Below the pieces are notes generated by a model. It was not told the DNA's origin, did not search any database, and saw nothing but the letters and a program-made list of their open reading frames with translations. Source: a virus (lineage: Duplodnaviria > Heunggongvirae > Uroviricota > Caudoviricetes). From it: a DNA stretch of 64,000 nt. How positions within the stretch are numbered: position 1 is the first letter of the stretch; the number at the start of each line of letters is the position of its first letter. This document shows, in pieces, positions 57,563 to 64,000 of this stretch. The stretch lies in IMG/VR virus record IMGVR_UViG_3300011187_000002, one strand, 5' to 3'. A program made the translations under genes and the position numbers.

Positions 57563-57975
57563 TGCTTAGGAACATGCTCAATGAACTCGATTATATGTAC
57601 GCGGTCACAGGGCGTTTGGACATACCTCCGCCTTCGAAACTCATAAACCACGAACGTTGTGGCGAAATCGAAATGAAATGGGTGTTTTGGGAATGGGAAG
57701 TCCCCGATTGCCCACCTGACGACACGTGGCCGGGCCTTTTCTTGGGGCTGGAAGTTACGCTCGGGTACGAGGGGGACGTGACCTTTTCGATGAGCGACTA
57801 TTGCCAAGCCGAACATGCTGAAAGCGTTGATCTCGACCTCTGGGTGTCCCGATTCCTGCGCATTCAAAAGGATGGGTGGTGGCTGGAAACAGGCTACGGG
57901 TCTGACACACGATCGGGTTACGGCCACAATGGCGATGTGGCACAGAAAGTCCGCGATATATTAGGGCTTTCCTAA
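57562..57975 (+). CDS. hypothetical protein
   Basis: MLRNMLNELDYMYAVTGRLDIPPP; TAATG-coupled. Confidence 0.65.
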   Translation: MLRNMLNELDYMYAVTGRLDIPPPSKLINHERCGEIEMKWVFWEWEVPDCPPDDTWPGLFLGLEVTLGYEGDVTFSMSDYCQAEHAESVDLDLWVSRFLRIQKDGWWLETGYGSDTRSGYGHNGDVAQKVRDILGLS

Positions 57976-58038
57976 AAAGGCCCCCCTCCTCACGAAAGGG
58001 GGCCTCCTCAGCGAAGGGGGTCTTTTCAGGGGGAAGGT

Positions 58039-58950
58039 TTATTTGGCGCAACCACCACACCCGCATGTGGGGCAGGGTTCTGAGGCGTTGGGCTTTGGCT
58101 CGGGCTTTTTGAATTCGGCACCATACTCGACGGCAAAATTTTCTGGGGCCTTTTCGTGCTGTTTGATCAAAAACGCATTGTCGACATCCGCGTTGGCTTC
58201 CCATGTGGGAATTCGTAGCGCAAGTCCCGCATATCCTGTGTGATGCTCGTAGAACGTACCCTCGGCGTAGGAGGGGCTGGACGTTAAGATCATACGCCTT
58301 TCGGGGGACGCGAAATACGCTTGACGAACCGTGGTGATGGTCTTGCGGAGGGCCTCCTCGTTCATGTAAGCGGCTTCGTCGAGGACAGCGGTGCGGAGCC
58401 AGCGTCCCCGGATCGTGTTGGGGGCCGATCGGATTGAACAGGAGGTCACTCGGGCCTTGTCTTTGCGATCATCGTCACTGAAATAAAGCGACGTGCGCGT
58501 TTGCGTATGACACTGGCCCTTGAGGTAATGGCACTTGTTGCAGGTGTTATCCAAATCGGTGTGGTGGTGAAGGGCCAGATCCTTATTGACCGTGACCCTG
58601 ACCAAATCCGTCAACTGGTTTCGGTTGGCCGCCAGCGTAAGGTACGTTTCGTATGCGAGGATCAAATGCGACATAAATGTTTTGCCTCCTCGCCGACCCA
58701 TGACGAGGTTCACCTGTTCCGACCCGGCCTTTCCCCTAAAGCGACCTTCGGCCTTGAGCCATTCGGCATATTCGAATTCGGTGAAGTCACGGGTCGTGCC
58801 GGTATGGTCGATTCGGATGGGGATGGGATCATGGTCGTCGAGTGAAAGCCCATAGATGAGCTTCAGGACGATGCGTTGGACGGGATAAAGGGTGTCGCAC
58901 CCAAGACCAAGGGGCGATTCGACAAATTGCAAGACGTTGAGATCGGACAT
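58039..58950 (-). CDS. terminase large-subunit-like ATPase domain without nuclease domain
   Basis: LYPVQ, Walker A MGRRGGKT, Walker B VLDEAA, motif III TSSP, EYGAEF then stop; start moved to 58950 after AGGAG. Confidence 0.75.
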   Translation of the reverse strand: MSDLNVLQFVESPLGLGCDTLYPVQRIVLKLIYGLSLDDHDPIPIRIDHTGTTRDFTEFEYAEWLKAEGRFRGKAGSEQVNLVMGRRGGKTFMSHLILAYETYLTLAANRNQLTDLVRVTVNKDLALHHHTDLDNTCNKCHYLKGQCHTQTRTSLYFSDDDRKDKARVTSCSIRSAPNTIRGRWLRTAVLDEAAYMNEEALRKTITTVRQAYFASPERRMILTSSPSYAEGTFYEHHTGYAGLALRIPTWEANADVDNAFLIKQHEKAPENFAVEYGAEFKKPEPKPNASEPCPTCGCGGCAK

Positions 58951-59102
58951 ACCGTCTCCTATGTGTTCGGGGTCATAAATACATAGCGGAGGGTCGTGGG
59001 TATGGGATTGTGGGGATAAATTTTGTTGATTAGTTGTATTGGACCCGCGAAACAAACGGATTATAGGGGGCTGCGGCATTCTCTGGGATTTTTGACCCTT
59101 TT

Positions 59103-59180
59103 TCAGCCACATTTTTACTGCAGACCTAATTCGCCTTTTTTGGATTTTTCAGGGACCCCGGCGAGTTAAGCAAGCGGTTT
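59103..59180. repeat. 78-bp dispersed repeat, copy 2
   Basis: matches 31766..31843. Confidence 0.8.
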
Positions 59181-59571
59181 CTTCGCACCCCCCCACCCCC
59201 AACTTTTTCTGTGATCATGTGATCGCCTGATCTCCGAGACCCAGATCACAGAATTTCGCAGGGCCTCACCGATCACACAAATTCTTTTTGACAGGTGAGG
59301 GACACTAGGGTATAAGATAGTGACGATGGAGATGATCCCCAACACGAGCAAGGAGACGACGACGAACTTACTACGACGATCGAGAACGCGGACAACAAAC
59401 GACACATGTGTGGTAAATGGGCCAAGCGCCCGGAGACATGTGTTCGGCACCCGCAAGCTCAACGGCACGGAGTTCGTGCAGACCATGTGCAAGAAATGTC
59501 GTGCGCCGAAAAACTAATCTACTAGGGGTGAGGGCCTACCCCCTGCCCCCATAGCTACGGAGACTAGGACC

Positions 59572-59994
59572 ATGAGTTTCTCTACGATTGACCCGGACGA
59601 CCACAACAAGATCGACGACCGCTTGCGTGATGTGCTCAAGACTGCCAACGGCATGTACGGTTCCTTGGATGAAGAGGTAGGAGGGATGTTGGCCTCCATG
59701 TATCCACCGGAAGCTGACCAGCTTGGGGACATGGCTGAACGTCTGGAGGCAGCGGCTGCCAAGCTGCGTGAGATGCAAGATGAACTGGACCCGGACCTGA
59801 CAGACAAACAGGCTGCCGTACTGCGTGCCCTGCAAAAGAACACGGGACAGACCTGCCAAGAGTTGGGAGACCGTGTAGGGTCGACTGCCTCCCTTGTGGG
59901 GAAAATCTACAGGGATCTGGCTAGGAAAGGTCTGGTGCGCTTCGAAGACAACAAGATTTGGTTGAAGGCAAAGGGACGGCGCACAAACGTCTAG
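59572..59994 (+). CDS. protein with C-terminal winged-helix HTH
   Basis: LTDKQAAVLRAL...TCQELGDRVG...LARKGLV. Confidence 0.7.
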   Translation: MSFSTIDPDDHNKIDDRLRDVLKTANGMYGSLDEEVGGMLASMYPPEADQLGDMAERLEAAAAKLREMQDELDPDLTDKQAAVLRALQKNTGQTCQELGDRVGSTASLVGKIYRDLARKGLVRFEDNKIWLKAKGRRTNV

Positions 59995-60004
59995 GAGACA
60001 AGCA

Positions 60005-60238
60005 ATGGCTGATGCATCGCAAGACATAGAGGCACGTGTACTAGAGGTCATACGTGAGCGCCTACAGTTGAGGGTGGAAGAGGGGGACTCTTGGGGCATG
60101 AACGGCACTGAGGGCCACGTAGAGGTACAGTTGGTGCTGGTAGACCCTAGTACCGCATCATGGTCGGACCAAGCGGAGGTACTGTCGTCAGTGGTGATAG
60201 ACGGGAACATGCTAGGCCGCATTGGTGAGAGTGACTAA
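60005..60238 (+). CDS. hypothetical protein
   Basis: AGGAG RBS. Confidence 0.55.
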   Translation: MADASQDIEARVLEVIRERLQLRVEEGDSWGMNGTEGHVEVQLVLVDPSTASWSDQAEVLSSVVIDGNMLGRIGESD

Positions 60239-60325
60239 ATACTTTTGACGGATGGTGATCGCTAGGGTATAAGGTAGTGTAAGACGGGAAGGGTTGGCTT
60301 TCCCGGACACAGCGAGGAGGCAGCA

Positions 60326-60532
60326 ATGACGACCATGACTGAAGCACTGGAAAAGGATCGCAAGGTAGGTTTCTATGTGGAGTTTGACGAGGGGTACAGC
60401 GATTACGGGGTGTTTGGTGCTGATACAGGATACTGCTACCTACTCTCTGATGAGGATGCGTGCAAAAAGAAATCGTCGGAGTTGAACAAGCTCCATACCG
60501 ATTGGTACTTCGAAGAAGGTCGAAAGAAATAG
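60326..60532 (+). CDS. hypothetical protein
   Basis: GAGGAGG RBS after promoter. Confidence 0.6.
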   Translation: MTTMTEALEKDRKVGFYVEFDEGYSDYGVFGADTGYCYLLSDEDACKKKSSELNKLHTDWYFEEGRKK

Positions 60533-60629
60533 CCCCTTTGGACTAAATAATTTTGACAGGCGGAGATCACTAGGGTATAGGTTAGTGGAAGGACGGAGAC
60601 TAACTCAAAGCTAGACGGAGACAGGGACA

Positions 60630-60941
60630 ATGGACAAAGCGACTGAAAAGCAAATTGCCGAAACGATCTTGAGCCAGCTTGGTGGGCAGCGCCGCCTGAG
60701 CGCCTTTGTAAAGGGGCGTGATTACCTGATGCTGCCGGGTGGTGGTGTGACGTTTAAGTTTAGTGGCAACCGCAAGATCAACTATGTGCGTATCCGCCTG
60801 AACGGTAAAGACCTGTACGATCTGGAGTTCATCAAGATCCACGGCACCAGCGTTAAGGTCAAAGCGGAAGCAAACGACGTTTACGCTGACCAGTTGGTCG
60901 ACACATTCGAAAAGAACACCGGCCTGTACCTGAGTTTCTAA
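60630..60941 (+). CDS. conserved-type small phage protein
   Basis: IAETILSQLGG...DLYDLEF...VYADQL..FE..TGLY. Confidence 0.7.
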   Translation: MDKATEKQIAETILSQLGGQRRLSAFVKGRDYLMLPGGGVTFKFSGNRKINYVRIRLNGKDLYDLEFIKIHGTSVKVKAEANDVYADQLVDTFEKNTGLYLSF

Positions 60942-61031
60942 AGTTTCTTTTGACGGATCCCGACCACTAGGGTATAAATTAGTGAAGGCGGGAGGGATTG
61001 GCCCGACGCCAGAGCCTAAACGGAGATCACG

Positions 61032-61325
61032 ATGACGACGCTGACTGAAAAAGAAATCGCCATGCAAAACGACACGGACGTGCTTTCGCACATTCGTGAA
61101 GAGAATGCCCAGCGCAAGGCCCGCGCTAAGGCGGAAGGTTGGCAGTGCTGTTTCACGACCAGCGAAGGCATCGCAGATCGGTTCGAAAACGTCTATGAGT
61201 ACGAGTTCGAAATGGCGCTGCAATCGTACAGCGATTGCTACAAGAGTGACAAAGGCTTTCGCCCGACCCTGAAGCGCGACGAGTGGACACTTTCGGACGT
61301 CGAAGAAATGCTTCGCAATATGTGA
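61032..61325 (+). CDS. hypothetical phage protein
   Basis: YSDCYKSDKGFRP motif; GGAG RBS. Confidence 0.65.
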   Translation: MTTLTEKEIAMQNDTDVLSHIREENAQRKARAKAEGWQCCFTTSEGIADRFENVYEYEFEMALQSYSDCYKSDKGFRPTLKRDEWTLSDVEEMLRNM

Positions 61326-61574
61326 AGCGGCTAGGGGGCTTCGGCCCCCGCCCCCTACGGAGGCAGCTATGAAAACCCTCAAAAAGACTATGAACGCGAT
61401 CTATGAGGATCTGAACTGTTCATGTGATAAGGCTGAAGACCTCCTGAATACCATGATTGATGCGGGTATCCCCGTCAGAGTGGCTACCAAGAAAGTCTAT
61501 GCCCTGTTGAAACACGCTACCGAAGAGATTTACTAAATAGTTTTGACGGGTTCCCACCACTAGGGTATAGGTTA

Positions 61575-61871
61575 GTGAAGATGGGGACATTGTATCCCCT
61601 AGAGACTTTCAACTTAGGGACTGATATGAAACGCTATTACAAAGCTGTTGGAAATGTTCGTGGGGCTTGCACACATCGACACACTTCCGTCCGAACTGCG
61701 TACAAGTGTGCTATTAAGGATGGGCTAGGGTTGACAGGCGGTGCGTACTCTGACCGCCTCCCATGCGCATTTGAAGCTGGAGATCGTGTCGAAATGACGG
61801 ACTCTGAGATTGATATGCTCGACAGTCTGCAAATGAAACGATGCGCCGGAACTGCGCTACGCGATCTTTAG
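61575..61871 (+). CDS. hypothetical protein (true start probably 61626)
   Basis: follows promoter copy at 61543. Confidence 0.45.
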   Translation: MKMGTLYPLETFNLGTDMKRYYKAVGNVRGACTHRHTSVRTAYKCAIKDGLGLTGGAYSDRLPCAFEAGDRVEMTDSEIDMLDSLQMKRCAGTALRDL

Positions 61872-62032
61872 CTTTTGTTAGTCGGGTCCTACGGTACCCT
61901 AACGTAGCGTGTCGAAATCTTTTTGAAGAAAGTTTTGACGGGTTCCCAAGGTTAGGGTATAGGTTAGTGAAGATGGGGACATTGGATCCCCTAGAGACGA
62001 CGAACTTACTACGACGATCAAGGAGATTGACC

Positions 62033-62416
62033 ATGACGACCGCGACCAAAGCTAACGACCTTTCGACCCGAAAAGATTTCATCCGTTGCTGGGTTCACGC
62101 GAACCCGGAGTTCACCCAAGAGCAAGCGTCGGCGCTGTACGACCGCATGGAGCGTCAGTTCCCGAACATGACCCGTGGTGGACACCGGGGCATGGTCGGT
62201 CGGATGCAGCCTTGGGAAAACATCGAGCACCAGTGCCCCAAGTGCGACAAGACGGTCCACGGTATCGAAGCCGTCAAGCACGACTTCGGCCTGCGTAAGT
62301 ACCGTGGCAAGATTTACGTCCAAAGCTGGTGCAAGTGTTGCCGCCGTAACAAGCGCAACGGTGTCAAGCACACCCGCATCAACCCGACCGACGTCGAGGC
62401 AGCGTTCACCAACTAA
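62033..62416 (+). CDS. Zn-ribbon protein, paralog of 54147..54728
   Basis: RKDFI...LYD...RGGHR...PWE..H.CPKC...FG.R...QSWC shared. Confidence 0.75.
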   Translation: MTTATKANDLSTRKDFIRCWVHANPEFTQEQASALYDRMERQFPNMTRGGHRGMVGRMQPWENIEHQCPKCDKTVHGIEAVKHDFGLRKYRGKIYVQSWCKCCRRNKRNGVKHTRINPTDVEAAFTN

Positions 62417-62811
62417 GCCAGACGGGTGCTAGGGGGCTTCGGCCCCCACCCCTTGCTTAGTCACTACGAAACGAATACGATACGACCTATGTTGATTCTA
62501 CTACACATGCTGGCCTATCTGACGGGTAGCTTACTTGTTCCGCACCCCCCTAGCGTCACATGATACGGTAGGCCCGATGGGCACCCCTTCCGAGGGTCAC
62601 GACCCCATCGAATTGCTAGAGATACGGCGTTCTAAAACGACAAGCAGTATATGTAACTACACCTAAAAGATATAATGACAGGCCGCCCCCTTGGATGCTT
62701 ACCCCTTAGCACGGGTCCAAGGGGGCGGACCTATTTCTTGGAACGGTTTTTCACGCACCCACCCCTTTTGTGCTCACAATTCACGGCCAGATACAAGAAT
62801 TCACGTGATCA

Positions 62812-62843
62812 CAGGCCCTCAGGCCCTCAGGCCCCCAGGCCCC
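62812..62843. repeat. four-copy 8-bp tandem repeat
   Basis: caggccct x2 then caggcccc x2. Confidence 0.8.
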
Positions 62844-63084
62844 CATATCATATTTCACGGCGTCACGCAACGGGGGCTGTCTACAGAATGCACTTAACCC
62901 TAGAACTCCGATGCTTTGCCAAGGGTTTAGGGTCCCAGTCGGGTCCCCAGTCAACTCTCTACCTTCTAAGACATTGCTGGCTGAACAGGGCACTGCCTAC
63001 CTATGACACAAATTCCTTTTGACGGACCGGGATCATTAGGGTATATACTAGTGAACCCGAACCGAACACGGAGACGACGACGAC

Positions 63085-63543
63085 ATGGCAACGCGATTAG
63101 AAAAAGGCACATACATCGGCACTAGCCCGGCAGGGGTAGAGTGGCGTTGCTATTGGGATAGCGAGGCCAAAGTCGAAGCGATGCGGGCCAACCTCGTCAA
63201 GAAGTGGAAACGTGGTGAATCTGTGAGGGTACGCAACCTCACGGAGGCTCAGATCGACCACATCTATTGGGCGAACGCTTTGTACTGTGAGGGTGCTGGT
63301 ATCCCCGAAGAGGTCTGCGAGTACGGTAAGACGTATGTGGAGGCCCCTGTGGACATTCTACTGTCCACGTGGGAACGCCTTGAAGGTACGGACGCCGATG
63401 TTGATATCGACCCGCTGGAATTCGACTATGAAGCGACGGATGCACAGATCGAATTCGCATACCGCGCCAAGCGCAAGAGCATCCAAGCAACTGTACGCAA
63501 GCTGGCTGAAGTGTTGGAACCCTACACCATCGACCGTAACTAG
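63085..63543 (+). CDS. hypothetical protein
   Basis: GGAG RBS; promoter copy at 63019. Confidence 0.65.
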   Translation: MATRLEKGTYIGTSPAGVEWRCYWDSEAKVEAMRANLVKKWKRGESVRVRNLTEAQIDHIYWANALYCEGAGIPEEVCEYGKTYVEAPVDILLSTWERLEGTDADVDIDPLEFDYEATDAQIEFAYRAKRKSIQATVRKLAEVLEPYTIDRN

Positions 63544-63555
63544 GAAGGTAACGCT

Positions 63556-63762
63556 ATGAGCACCACGCATATCAAGTTCGAAGAGCCGGACCGGGCGGAG
63601 TATTACGAAGGCCACTGGTCTAGTGTCCCCCAAGAAGGGCAGACCCTCGCTATTGACGGCTACCCCCACGAGGTCACGGGTGTCCGGTGGGAAACCTCCA
63701 CCATCCGTGACGATGGGCGGCTGGATGCCCCGGTTGTTCACATCAAAATCAAGCGCCTGTAA
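63556..63762 (+). CDS. hypothetical protein
   Basis: RBS; plus-strand run. Confidence 0.55.
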   Translation: MSTTHIKFEEPDRAEYYEGHWSSVPQEGQTLAIDGYPHEVTGVRWETSTIRDDGRLDAPVVHIKIKRL

Positions 63763-64000
63763 TAATTACCCTTACGAAGGGAGGTATTGCTATGAAAGTC
63801 GAAGAACTCACCCCCGGAATCACAATCGTCTTGCCATGCCAGCGGGTTGTGTCGTTTATGACAACGGCTCCCAACGGCGCGAACTCGAAGAGGATACCCC
63901 CTTCACGGTCACAGAGGTCAAAGATAAGCCGTGTGTTTTCGATACGAACCGTGAAGTGGTTGCGGGTGGCGTCACATTCAGCGTACCGGATGACTACGAC

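Larger units (their letters stand above)
59288..63047 (+). promoter_or_regulatory. cluster of seven repeated early-type promoters
   Basis: TTGACR-17 nt (ending TAGGG)-TATA at 59288, 60245, 60553, 60950, 61543, 61935 and 63019. Confidence 0.8.

Noticed and set aside
59288-63047. Repeated motif as a CRISPR array
   Set aside because: Spacing is irregular (hundreds of bp) with genes between copies, no cas genes are visible, and the motif has -35/-10 geometry.

Overview
This window reads as part of a large (jumbo-type) bacteriophage genome. That assignment is inferred: no capsid gene is in view, but there are dense small orphan ORFs, at least 25 copies of one early-type promoter, homing endonucleases, a terminase-like ATPase and a transglycosylase, and no ordinary housekeeping operons. 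Main recognisable content: (1) a complete four-gene deamidated NAD+ salvage operon, pncB-nadE-pncA-nadD, behind its own copy of the repeated promoter; (2) a Ro60/TROVE gene whose leader folds into a ~113-nt three-way-junction RNA with a bulged-C terminal stem covering the ribosome-binding site; (3) an RNA ligase gene fractured at its KxHG active-site motif by a naturally split intein, with a free-standing endonuclease gene between the halves; (4) a tmRNA gene with tag (A)DETQYAAAA; (5) a large adenine methyltransferase bounded by a 9-bp inverted repeat; (6) an HD/MESH1-like hydrolase, P-loop kinase, metallophosphoesterase, macrodomain, PyrE, sigma-like protein and MoxR/CobS-like AAA ATPase. 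Several dispersed DNA and peptide motifs and frameshifted or decayed genes are also visible. All product calls come from motif recognition by eye; no searches were run. Where noted, starts were moved from the supplied ORF track to a more plausible downstream start.
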